From assembly GCA_965219265.1 (NCBI GenBank), contig OZ244730.1:1546501-1610500 (forward strand): a stretch of 64,000 nucleotides of DNA. Direction: 5' to 3'. The position numbers and the translations under genes were made by a program. The notes below the pieces were generated by a model. The model was not told the origin of the DNA, did not search any database, and worked only from the letters and a program-made list of their open reading frames with translations. The DNA comes from Arenicellales bacterium. GTDB lineage: Bacteria; Pseudomonadota; Gammaproteobacteria; Arenicellales; JAJDZL01. Shown here piece after piece: positions 29,141-38,316 of this stretch (position 1 is its first letter; each line of letters begins with the position of its first letter).

Positions 29141-30415
29141 ATGTCAAATTTCAATGAAATGTCGCTATCACTATTATTTTATTTGATTGACAGCGGCGAG
29201 CTAAAACCAAGTCAACTGCTTGAAGCCTGTCTTGAGAGAATCAGTTTAAGAGACCCGGAAGTACTTGCCTTCACGACTTTAAACCCTGATAAATCTATGG
29301 AAACTGCGCAAATATTGGACACTGAAACTCCTGACAATGCTCTATTTGGTATCCCTGTGGGCATCAAGGATATTATGGATACGACAGATATGCCAACAAC
29401 CAGGGGAAGCCCTCTTTATGAAGGATATTATCCCATTCGTGATGCTGCCTGCGTGACAAGCTGTATTTGTGCTGGTGCAATTATTCCCGGCAAGACAGAA
29501 ACTACAGAATTCGCATACTTCAAACCCGGTAAAACACGCAACCCACATGCACTGACACACACACCCGGCGGTTCGTCTATGGGATCCGCTGCCGCCGTTG
29601 CGGACTATATGCTTCCAGTAGCATTAGGTACACAGACAGCAGGTTCAGTGACACGACCTGCGGCTTATTGTGGTGTTGTGGGCTACAAGGCCAGCCATGG
29701 AGCATTCAGCCTAAACGGTGTCTGCGAACTTGCTCTTAGCCTGGATTCGCTTGGATTTTTCGTACGAGAAGTACGTGACCTTGCATTGATTCGCCACAGC
29801 TTTCTCGGTGCTCGCCCGAATACGATACCCTCGTCAAATACCCTACGCATTGGGCTCGTACGAACCCCTCATTGGCATCAGGCTGATCAGTGTCAAAGAG
29901 ATTTGATCGACAAAATTGCTGACAATCTTGCAAACCAGTCGCTACAGGTTTCGGAGATCGAAGTTGGGCCATCGGATGATTTACTTGCTCAAGCTCACGC
30001 GATCGTAATGCAATATGAGGTTGCTCATTCGTCGCTTGTATCTGATTTTCTCCTAGACAGAGATTCGCTCAGCAGTCAATTTATCGAACTAATTGAGCTT
30101 GGACTGCAAACAACATTCGAAGACTACCAAGAAGCCAAAAGACAGGGAGAAATTTTGCAGAGCAAACTGCAACATATATTCCAAGACTTTGACGTTTTGT
30201 TGGCACCAAGCGCTCCCGGCGAAGCGCCCGAAGGGTTAGAGAGTACCGGAGACCCGATTTTCAGCCGAATGTGGACTTTGCTGAAAGTCCCAACCATTAC
30301 ATTGCCAGCGGGATTCGGGCCCAATAATTTACCACTTGGAATTCAGTTAATTGGTGCCTATAACCAGGATGACACCTTGATTGCGAATGCAACCTCGATA
30401 AATGATTTTTTGTAG
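29141..30415 (+). CDS. amidase-signature (AS) family amidase
   Basis: 424 aa. GIPVGIKDIMDT (catalytic Lys region) and GGSSMGSAAAVADYMLPVALGTQTAGSVTRPAAYCG (Ser-cisSer-Lys signature). Confidence 0.88.
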   Translation: MSNFNEMSLSLLFYLIDSGELKPSQLLEACLERISLRDPEVLAFTTLNPDKSMETAQILDTETPDNALFGIPVGIKDIMDTTDMPTTRGSPLYEGYYPIRDAACVTSCICAGAIIPGKTETTEFAYFKPGKTRNPHALTHTPGGSSMGSAAAVADYMLPVALGTQTAGSVTRPAAYCGVVGYKASHGAFSLNGVCELALSLDSLGFFVREVRDLALIRHSFLGARPNTIPSSNTLRIGLVRTPHWHQADQCQRDLIDKIADNLANQSLQVSEIEVGPSDDLLAQAHAIVMQYEVAHSSLVSDFLLDRDSLSSQFIELIELGLQTTFEDYQEAKRQGEILQSKLQHIFQDFDVLLAPSAPGEAPEGLESTGDPIFSRMWTLLKVPTITLPAGFGPNNLPLGIQLIGAYNQDDTLIANATSINDFL

Positions 30416-30417
30416 AG

Positions 30418-31458
30418 ATGGATTTTGCACCACCATTGTGGAATCAAACCCGCATTTCAACGAATCTTGATTTCACAACGCGAGGCAAGCGGTTCGGTCA
30501 TCTGCGTCTCAAGTACTCGGACAACCGAACAGCTCTTGGCTACATTCCTATTCCTGCCGGAGTTGTTATCAATGGCAGCGGGCCGACTGTTCTTCTGATT
30601 GGTGGTGTTCACGGAGATGAATTCGAGGGGCCGGTAGCGTTATTGAAAATTCTGCATGAAGTGGAAGTAGCGAAAGTTAGTGGACGCATTATCGTTCTTC
30701 CTGCACTGAATGCTCCGGCAGTTCGTGCATCGTCCAGAGTATCACCGGTGGATGGCGGCAATCTCAATCGGGCATTTCCAGGCGACCCGGATGGCACACC
30801 AACTGCGATGATTGCCAATTTTGTAGAAAAAGCCGTAATGCCGGTCTGCGATGCAGTTATCGATCTACATTCCGGTGGTAAAGCCGCTTGGTTTTCACCT
30901 TGTGCGATGGCACTTCAATATGAAGATGCAGCGCTGTCAAAGCTAAATTTCAATCTTGCGGATATTTTCGGTAGCCCTCATATCTGGCTGATGGGCAGTC
31001 TCAATGACAACCGGAGTGTAAATTACGCTGCTGTTCGAAACAATCTACCGAATATCGCTGCTGAATTAGGCGGGGGTGGACAAGTATCGCCAGAAATACT
31101 GAAGATTGGTGAGAGAGGCATTGCCAACTGTCTGAAATTCCTGAATGTGTTGCCAGGCGAACCTGAATCCAGACAAGAGCCCGCTACAATTTTGAAAATT
31201 GACGATGTTGCACAACATATTTACACCACTCATCGGGGTTTATTCGAACCCAGGTTCAATCCAGGTGATGTTGTTTCCACAGGAGACATCGTAGGTTTTG
31301 TTCACAATCTCGACCACATCGAAACAACACCCGTCAGAATCCAATTTCCCGTGGCTGGAGTCGCTTTCGTACGATGTCACCGAGGATTGGTTGAACAAGG
31401 CGAACTTCTAGCTACGGTCGGTAAAGTGACCGACCGCCCTGATATCAGCGCCGATTAA
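30418..31458 (+). CDS. succinylglutamate desuccinylase/aspartoacylase (AstE/AspA) family deacylase, DoeB-like
   Basis: 346 aa. Zn-ligand region LLIGGVHGDEFEGPVALLKIL, NLNRAFPG, DLHSGG. Confidence 0.8.
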   Translation: MDFAPPLWNQTRISTNLDFTTRGKRFGHLRLKYSDNRTALGYIPIPAGVVINGSGPTVLLIGGVHGDEFEGPVALLKILHEVEVAKVSGRIIVLPALNAPAVRASSRVSPVDGGNLNRAFPGDPDGTPTAMIANFVEKAVMPVCDAVIDLHSGGKAAWFSPCAMALQYEDAALSKLNFNLADIFGSPHIWLMGSLNDNRSVNYAAVRNNLPNIAAELGGGGQVSPEILKIGERGIANCLKFLNVLPGEPESRQEPATILKIDDVAQHIYTTHRGLFEPRFNPGDVVSTGDIVGFVHNLDHIETTPVRIQFPVAGVAFVRCHRGLVEQGELLATVGKVTDRPDISAD

Positions 31459-31483
31459 CCAACAAGAGGTGTAGCAATAAAAA

Positions 31484-32104
31484 TTATCCGTCGGGGCTGA
31501 TCCAAGTTTCCGAAATAGCCATGAATGCAGTGCTCGTCTCACGTCCAAGAAAATTCCTAGATGTAACAGTTCCCGGAAAGTAATGCCCGTTGACTGCAAT
31601 ACTGGCGCGCTTCGCTTCAAGAAACACACTGTACATTTCGTGCTCTCCTGTCGCTGACACTTCGACTGCCACCTCCGCTGCGAACGGTTCCCCAAGTTCA
31701 CTCCACGTCATCACCACTTCCAAATCCTTGGAAATTACCGATTCAGTACGATACTCTCGCAGATCACCCTTGCTGGTCACTTCGTCTATCTCTCGGTAAG
31801 TCATAGACTCCAATCCTTTTTTCCCCTTGAAAGAAGCAAATTTCGACATGAAATCGCGTATCAGGTAATCTGTCAATTCCCTGTTGTCCGTCAGACAAAT
31901 GTTGTTTGCCTCCGGTAATCCCAACCCTTCATTCGGCTTTTCCAACACGATCATCGTGTTTCCTGCTCCGTACGGTGACAGTGTTACACGAAAGAAAATT
32001 CCGAGCGAACTCCAGTCGCCATCAGGATCTTCTTTAAGGTAGATACCAGGATTTTCACCTGACCATTCAACTTTTCCAAGATTTCTCGGGTTGTTGGGAT
32101 CCAT
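31484..32104 (-). CDS. hypothetical protein, downstream partner of the DMFase-like gene
   Basis: 206 aa soluble-looking ORF with no recognisable motif. Same strand, 106 nt after the 734-aa gene. Confidence 0.55.
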   Translation of the reverse strand: MDPNNPRNLGKVEWSGENPGIYLKEDPDGDWSSLGIFFRVTLSPYGAGNTMIVLEKPNEGLGLPEANNICLTDNRELTDYLIRDFMSKFASFKGKKGLESMTYREIDEVTSKGDLREYRTESVISKDLEVVMTWSELGEPFAAEVAVEVSATGEHEMYSVFLEAKRASIAVNGHYFPGTVTSRNFLGRETSTAFMAISETWISPDG

Positions 32105-32210
32105 GTTAAGCTTCTCTATCTATTTAATTAAAAAAGGTTTTTATAAGTTATTCGCATATTCATCAAAAAACTTGGCGGCAAAGAATGAACTATGGCTGAT
32201 TTCTACCTGA

Positions 32211-34415
32211 TTATACTTCCAAGAACCGGTTGAGAACGTTGGCAGTCATTCTGGAAATGTTATTGTCAAAGTTATTCCACGGCAGACTTCCGCAATAAGT
32301 GATCGAACCGACGGAAAAGACACCCCCTCCTTTCGCAGTCTCAAATATGACAATATCCGACCGAATCAATTCGGAAACTGGTTTTCCGCTTCGGGTCGCA
32401 ATATGACTCAGAATTTCCTCCGGCACCAAAACGAAATGCTTCGGATAATTTTCCGAACTAGCGAGCACCGCGGTATTGCGTGGTGTACCCAGTGAAAAAT
32501 CCGCTCTATCCAGTTCAAATCCAGCTGCTCCACCGCCACTCAGTCCGAAATCCCCTAGAATTTCATCTTCGACACCGTCAAATACCCACTCATATTTTGC
32601 GTCAAGGTCACTGTTGCGACGATAGTAAGTGCCTTGAAAATCACCTTGTGCAGTAAATCCGACACCTGCTAGTCTTTGCGGAGGTCGGCCGTTTCGCAGC
32701 CACATCCCACCGTATTCACCGTCGAGCGAATTGTAGTACTCTCCCGGTTCTGCTGCCCAAGTACGAATTCCGCCCTCAGCACGGCGAATCTCCACCATGC
32801 CAGGCAAATTCTCGTTTACAGCAACCTTCCAGTAGAATCCATTTCCGCCGAGGTACATGAGTCGTCCACCTGATCTAGTGTATTCATAGATTGCATTCAA
32901 TGTATTCGTGGTGTGATATTCTGGATGACTAGGTGTCATGACAACCTTGTACGGGCGAAGAAGTTCAACTCCCTCTTCGTGCAGATCTTCATCAGTTATC
33001 ACGTCAAAATCCTGCCCCTGATTTTCCAACCAAGCGAACAGGTGTGTATCTGCCGGCAGATGTCTCATTCCCGATTCGGCATAAGGCCGACATATCGTGA
33101 TGTATTTGGGACGCATAGTCAACGAAGGGCGTAATCTGGACGAGTAACAGATTCCGCTACCGTCACGGTGATTGTTATAAGTCGAAAGGCCATAATCCTG
33201 AACCTGATCTGGATTCCAAGGCCTTGTTCCCCTTTCCTGCACAAGTTTTTCATATTCCACCTTTTGAAGAGAACGAGCCTGATTCGTATAAACCGTATAG
33301 GTGAACGTAGACACAAGCACGCAAATTTTCGCTTGAGGCTTGTTGGTCTGAGGCCGTACATAAAATGGAATATCTTCGTACGCATCCTCACATTCGATTC
33401 GCATCGAATACATGTCGCTGCGAAAATTCCCAGGTACCTTGAAACTAAAATCGGTTTTCCACTGACAGTCATAAATGTCGTCGTCGTGAAAATGTATCGC
33501 ACCATATTCTTCAGGTGCATGCCGCCAGCACATCTCCTTCCCTGTCCAGTTTGAGCCTCGCATTGCTCGCGCAGGGCAATTCACCAAACTCCCATCCAGA
33601 TGCAGTGGGCCGATTTCCCTTATTTCCTGTGTGCTGATATCTTTTGAAAAATCCCATAGAGCCAACAACGAGTCTCCCTCCCTGTACGGTGCTCGATGAG
33701 ACAATTCTTCCACATCATAAGTACGCGCTAATATGTTCGGCTGTTCAATCTTGCCGTTGAAAAAACCAACAAGAGGATTTCCGCCAGACGATGCAATCAA
33801 CAATTTATCCACATCTTGCAGCGACGGCAAATTAGTGCAATCATGCCAAACCTCACCAGAATCGTTGTCAACGAAGTCATCTTCTTTGAGAGTTTGAATC
33901 AAGCCCAGTCGATTCTGTTTTCGATCAACACAGAGGCAAATTGCATACCACGCCCTTTCGCGCAACGTCAGACCGGTAGCATATTCTTGCGAAGAACCGG
34001 AACCTCCGTCAATTACTGCAGCAACCTGCCCAACGGAGTTGATTCTCAATTCAATCAGCCGATTCCCGCTCTGATCCTGAAGGCACAAAATTCCCTGAAC
34101 ACCTGCATCAACCAAGGTCGGCCAGATTGTAACTGCTATGGTATATCCGTCCGGATGAGATAGACGTCGATTGACCAAAACGATCCCATAGGAACCCAAT
34201 TGAACATCTTGATTTCTTGATGAAAACTCCCCTGAAAAAACGGAAGACATGTCTTCTTCAATGATGCCTGGACCGTCTGGATTGGGATCTGCGCATACGA
34301 TTCGAACCAGCCTCACTGAGTAGGGTTTGCTAAATTGACTGCTAACCTTGAACTCAATATTTTCATTCTGACCGACTGACCATCGGTCGGCATATCCAGC
34401 AATCGGAATCGGCAC
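32211..34415 (-). CDS. N,N-dimethylformamidase large-subunit-like amidohydrolase
   Basis: 734 aa. Strings recalled from DMFase large subunits: ...YGAIHFHDDDIYDCQWKTDFSFKVP...DMYSMRIECEDAYEDIPFYV, GLSTYNNHRDGSGICYSSRLRPSLTMRPKY, LPADTHLFAWLENQGQDFDVITDEDLHEEGVELLRPYKVVMTPSHPEY, GGGAAGFELDRADFSLGTP, WNNFDNNISRMTANVLNRF. Confidence 0.75.
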   Translation of the reverse strand: MPIPIAGYADRWSVGQNENIEFKVSSQFSKPYSVRLVRIVCADPNPDGPGIIEEDMSSVFSGEFSSRNQDVQLGSYGIVLVNRRLSHPDGYTIAVTIWPTLVDAGVQGILCLQDQSGNRLIELRINSVGQVAAVIDGGSGSSQEYATGLTLRERAWYAICLCVDRKQNRLGLIQTLKEDDFVDNDSGEVWHDCTNLPSLQDVDKLLIASSGGNPLVGFFNGKIEQPNILARTYDVEELSHRAPYREGDSLLALWDFSKDISTQEIREIGPLHLDGSLVNCPARAMRGSNWTGKEMCWRHAPEEYGAIHFHDDDIYDCQWKTDFSFKVPGNFRSDMYSMRIECEDAYEDIPFYVRPQTNKPQAKICVLVSTFTYTVYTNQARSLQKVEYEKLVQERGTRPWNPDQVQDYGLSTYNNHRDGSGICYSSRLRPSLTMRPKYITICRPYAESGMRHLPADTHLFAWLENQGQDFDVITDEDLHEEGVELLRPYKVVMTPSHPEYHTTNTLNAIYEYTRSGGRLMYLGGNGFYWKVAVNENLPGMVEIRRAEGGIRTWAAEPGEYYNSLDGEYGGMWLRNGRPPQRLAGVGFTAQGDFQGTYYRRNSDLDAKYEWVFDGVEDEILGDFGLSGGGAAGFELDRADFSLGTPRNTAVLASSENYPKHFVLVPEEILSHIATRSGKPVSELIRSDIVIFETAKGGGVFSVGSITYCGSLPWNNFDNNISRMTANVLNRFLEV

Positions 34416-34492
34416 TATTAGTCCTGTTTGATAAACTCAAAGTAAGTTTTGTATTTTAATAGTCCTTTCAGACACGGTCAGGTAATATTTGA

Positions 34493-35572
34493 TTGAAACT
34501 CACAACAGACAGATTTTTTCCTCCACAACACCAACAGCCGCAGAATTGGAAGAACCTGGAAAGCTACCTTGCCAGACAGGGATTTGATTTCGGTGCCGAT
34601 CCTCCGCCTCAACAGTTCATAGGCGGTTTCGGGAACCTGAATTTCATGATCATGCTTGACGGAGAACGGCATGTGTTGCGCAGGCCGCCGCTTGGTCCAC
34701 TTCCACCGGGAGCAAACGACATGGCACGTGAGTTTCGGGTTACCTCACGATTGTGGAAACAGTTTCCTCTGGCACCAAAAGGCATCCTGTTATGCAAAGA
34801 CACTGAAGTGCTTGGCACCCCATTTCTAATCATGCAATATCGACCCGGAGCAGTCATCCACATGGAACTCCCGGAGCATCTGCACGATATGACTACAAGT
34901 CTCTCAAAAATGATTATTGAAGTTCTGGTGGAATTCCAATCTGTTGATCCTACCCGCGTCGGGCTCGACGATCTCGGATCGCCCGAAGGATTTTTGGAGA
35001 GAGCCGTAAAGGGCTGGGTAAAAAGATACTATGTGGCGGCTGAAGACGTATATCGCGATCGTAAATCACCAGCCTCTGTCAAAATTATCATTAAATGGCT
35101 GACCGATCATCCTGTGCCGGATGCAGGACACACACTCCTGCACAACGATTTCAAGTTGAATAACATCGTACTTGATTCGCAAGACTACATCACACCAATT
35201 GCGCTGCTGGACTGGGACATGTGCACAAGAGGTGATCCATTGTTCGATTTCGCGACTTTGCTAAGCTATTGGGTTGAACCTGGAGACCCCCCGGCTCTGA
35301 ATAAAGTGGGACAAATGCCGACTTCAACAACTCCCGGTTGGATGAATCGTCGCCAAATTGCAGATTACTATGCACAAGTAAGTGGGCGAGATCTTTCCGA
35401 TATTCACTACTATCGCGTTCTGACTGCATTCAAGCACTGCATCATCTTCATGCAAATCTACGCTCGCTTCTGCAGAGGAACAACCACTGACCCTAGAATT
35501 GCGGAGTTGGGACCTGCTCTAGATTCTTTGTTCGAGTTCACACACGATATCGTGAAAGGTCGATTCTTCTAG
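34493..35572 (+). CDS. phosphotransferase-family (APH/ACAD10-kinase-like) protein
   Basis: 359 aa. Brenner/catalytic loop LLHNDFKLNNIVL and LLDWDMCTRGDPLFDFA. TTG start. Confidence 0.8.
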   Translation: MKLTTDRFFPPQHQQPQNWKNLESYLARQGFDFGADPPPQQFIGGFGNLNFMIMLDGERHVLRRPPLGPLPPGANDMAREFRVTSRLWKQFPLAPKGILLCKDTEVLGTPFLIMQYRPGAVIHMELPEHLHDMTTSLSKMIIEVLVEFQSVDPTRVGLDDLGSPEGFLERAVKGWVKRYYVAAEDVYRDRKSPASVKIIIKWLTDHPVPDAGHTLLHNDFKLNNIVLDSQDYITPIALLDWDMCTRGDPLFDFATLLSYWVEPGDPPALNKVGQMPTSTTPGWMNRRQIADYYAQVSGRDLSDIHYYRVLTAFKHCIIFMQIYARFCRGTTTDPRIAELGPALDSLFEFTHDIVKGRFF

Positions 35573-35592
35573 AAATCGCTGCTGAAATTTAT

Positions 35593-36804
35593 TTACCAAT
35601 CTTCCAGCGGATAGGCAGTCAGCATTTCGTATCCGGTATCTGTGATCAGTACCTGTTCTTCAAGTTTGACGCCTTCTCCGCCGTGAATTGAACCGATGTA
35701 TGACTCGACGCATAAAGTCATACCTGGCTCGAAAACTCCGTCGTAACCTTTCATGTCGAAATCCATGTAATGCTTGATGCTCGGATACTCGTCTGCCAAG
35801 CCGACTCCATGAATAATTACACCGTAGCGTCGATCCTTGAATTCATCCGGTATCGACCACGCTTTTTCCGATAATTCTGCATAACTCGTCCCAGGCTTCA
35901 GAAGTTCCGTATTGAAGCGAATCTGTTCTGCCGCCAGTTGATAGAGATGTGCCTGCTCTGGAGTTGGTTTTTCCTCGCCGCAGATCCAGGAACGCGACAT
36001 GTCGCAACAGTAGCCATAGGGTCCAATCAAGTCAGTGTCGAAACTCATCATTTCACCCCTTTGAATCTGCCGCATTGAAGACTCTCGCATCCACGGATTG
36101 GTGCGCGGACCCGAAGAGAGCAATCTGGTTTCTATCCATTCGCCTCCAAGTGCGATGTTGGTTTCGTGAAGCTTCGACCAGAGTGCATTTTCGGTGATTC
36201 CAGGTGTCATCGCTTCACGCATATTGGCAACCGCGGTCTCACAAACATGGACAGCATGCCGCATCAAACACAACTCTTCCTCTGACTTAATGACTCTGGC
36301 AACCTCCATGACATCCTGTCCCTCAATGATTTCGAGTCCGCAGCCCATCAATGACTGCAACCCCAGAAAACTGCAGCGATCAACAGCAATTCGGCGATTC
36401 CCTCCACCATAAGTTTCTACAAGATCTGTTATTTCACGGGCGAACTTTCGAGCATTGTCTTCGCAGCGAGGTCCGGCTGCGAAAAAATAAAATGGTGTGA
36501 TGACACGATATTCGTCAACAGTTGGCAAATCCTCCGCAAGATGCGGCATGTCGCCGAAGTCAAATAGAATGACTGGACCCTCGGTCGCTATGAATGCACA
36601 ACGCGCCTCATAGTGCGAGCACCACACTTGCATATTCGTTGCATCCGTTACGTAACGTGTGTTCAACTGATCGAACAGCAGCGCCCCAGCTACGTCGTGT
36701 TTCTGCAACTGTTCACGAACCCGACCGACCCGATACCTTCGAACGTTGTCAAGCTCACAAGGCGGTTCGCTATATTCCATCGCTCCATGCTGACGATTGC
36801 GCAT
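35593..36804 (-). CDS. M24-family metallohydrolase (creatinase/prolidase fold)
   Basis: 403 aa. N-terminal creatinase-like domain plus a pita-bread domain with metal ligands in ...MSFDTDLIGPYGYCCDMSR..., HGVGLADEYP, ...CVESYIG...GVKLEEQVLIT. Confidence 0.8.
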   Translation of the reverse strand: MRNRQHGAMEYSEPPCELDNVRRYRVGRVREQLQKHDVAGALLFDQLNTRYVTDATNMQVWCSHYEARCAFIATEGPVILFDFGDMPHLAEDLPTVDEYRVITPFYFFAAGPRCEDNARKFAREITDLVETYGGGNRRIAVDRCSFLGLQSLMGCGLEIIEGQDVMEVARVIKSEEELCLMRHAVHVCETAVANMREAMTPGITENALWSKLHETNIALGGEWIETRLLSSGPRTNPWMRESSMRQIQRGEMMSFDTDLIGPYGYCCDMSRSWICGEEKPTPEQAHLYQLAAEQIRFNTELLKPGTSYAELSEKAWSIPDEFKDRRYGVIIHGVGLADEYPSIKHYMDFDMKGYDGVFEPGMTLCVESYIGSIHGGEGVKLEEQVLITDTGYEMLTAYPLEDW

Positions 36805-37114
36805 TTTCTCTCCCCTGACAATAGCAATGACTGACTAAAAAAACAGTGTTTTACCACAACTGATAAATCAGATTCGAAATAAATTTAGCGGAAGATTAAC
36901 TGCATTGTTGCAAATGCTATATGGCTTGGTGAATTCACCCGACAAACAGCGCAGATTTCCACCTTAACCGCCAAATTATTTGAAAATTTTCCGAATTCGA
37001 TTAGTATCAAATAATTGTATATGTCCTCGCGCAGTTTGCTATATTTACGAACTAATTAACATAAAATTTTAATAAAATTTACTTTTTTCAATAGATAACT
37101 TGATGGAGAAATTG

Positions 37115-38230
37115 ATGAAATATTCTTTTTATCATCTGACTAAACGCGCTTGCACCTCTGTTGCGGCGGTCATGATTTTTGCAGCGAGCGGCTTTACGGT
37201 TACTCAGGCTCAGGAATTGGTCGTCGTGTCATGGGGTGGCGCTTACTCGAAAAGTCAGCAAGACGCCTATCACGACCCGTTTATGGCGGAGAACCCAGGC
37301 ATCACAATTATCAACGATGATTCCGCTTCCGAAGGCGTGGCCAAAATTAGGGCACAGGCTGAAGTAGGAAACGTTACCTGGGCTTTGCTGGATGCCATTG
37401 CGGCAGATTCAATCAGTCTTTGTGACGAAGGCTTAATCGAAGAAATCGATCATGACGCAGTGCTTGCGCCAGCTCCAGACGGAACGCCGGCTAGTGAGGA
37501 CTTCGGTGAACTGATCGTATCTCCGTGCTTCATTCCCCAGATCGTATATTCGACAACTTTCGGCTATCGAACAGATCTGGTAAAAACAGCACCGACTGCC
37601 ATTGCGGATGTTTTTGATATGGGCAAAATTCCAGGAAAACGATCCTTGGAGCAAAAACCGATCAATAACATGGAATGGGCGCTGTTGGCGGATGGTGTAT
37701 CTGCTGACAACGTATACGACCTGCTCAGTACACCAGAAGGCGTAGCGCAAGCTTTTGCAAAACTCGACTCCATTAAAGATCAAGTCGTATGGTGGACGCG
37801 TGGAGCACAGCCCACACAACTGCTCGCCGATGGCGAAGTTGTCATGGCATCTGCTTACAATGGACGTCTTTTCTCAGCTATTGAAGAGGAAAAACAGCCG
37901 ATCGCAATGATGTGGGATTGGCAGGTTTTCGATCTTGACGGCTGGGTGATTCCGAAAGGTGGACCGCATACAGATGCTGTCATGAAGTTGGTGAGATTTG
38001 CGACCGATACACAGCGGTTGGCTGACCAAGCAAAATACATTTCTTATGGTCCAGCTCGTATGTCATCAGCGTTACTTGTTGGAAAACATGCAACTCTTGG
38101 CATTGACATGGGACCGCACATGCCGACCCATCCGGACAACGCCAAAACTACCCTGCTGTTCAACTATGAATGGTGGGCTGACAATCAGGACGATCTGAAT
38201 GAACAGTTCGCTTCCTGGATAGCACAGTAA
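37115..38230 (+). CDS. ABC transporter substrate-binding protein, PotD/PotF-like (start at the GGAG-preceded ATG)
   Basis: Signal peptide ...SVAAVMIFAASGFTVTQAQE, then LVVVSWGGAYSKSQQDAY. About 370 aa. Confidence 0.8.
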   Translation: MKYSFYHLTKRACTSVAAVMIFAASGFTVTQAQELVVVSWGGAYSKSQQDAYHDPFMAENPGITIINDDSASEGVAKIRAQAEVGNVTWALLDAIAADSISLCDEGLIEEIDHDAVLAPAPDGTPASEDFGELIVSPCFIPQIVYSTTFGYRTDLVKTAPTAIADVFDMGKIPGKRSLEQKPINNMEWALLADGVSADNVYDLLSTPEGVAQAFAKLDSIKDQVVWWTRGAQPTQLLADGEVVMASAYNGRLFSAIEEEKQPIAMMWDWQVFDLDGWVIPKGGPHTDAVMKLVRFATDTQRLADQAKYISYGPARMSSALLVGKHATLGIDMGPHMPTHPDNAKTTLLFNYEWWADNQDDLNEQFASWIAQ

Positions 38231-38257
38231 GTTGCTTGATTGCTGAAATCTGATTAA

Positions 38258-38283
38258 ATGCAGGGTGCATTTGCACCCTGCAT
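38258..38283 (+). other. 12-bp perfect intercistronic stem-loop between the SBP and permease genes
   Basis: ATGCAGGGTGCA-tt-TGCACCCTGCAT, 28 nt after the SBP stop. No U-tract follows, so it is more likely an mRNA-stabilising or attenuating hairpin than a full terminator. Confidence 0.5.
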
Positions 38284-38316
38284 GATCACTTCTGACAGCC
38301 AATCCGTCATAGTTCC

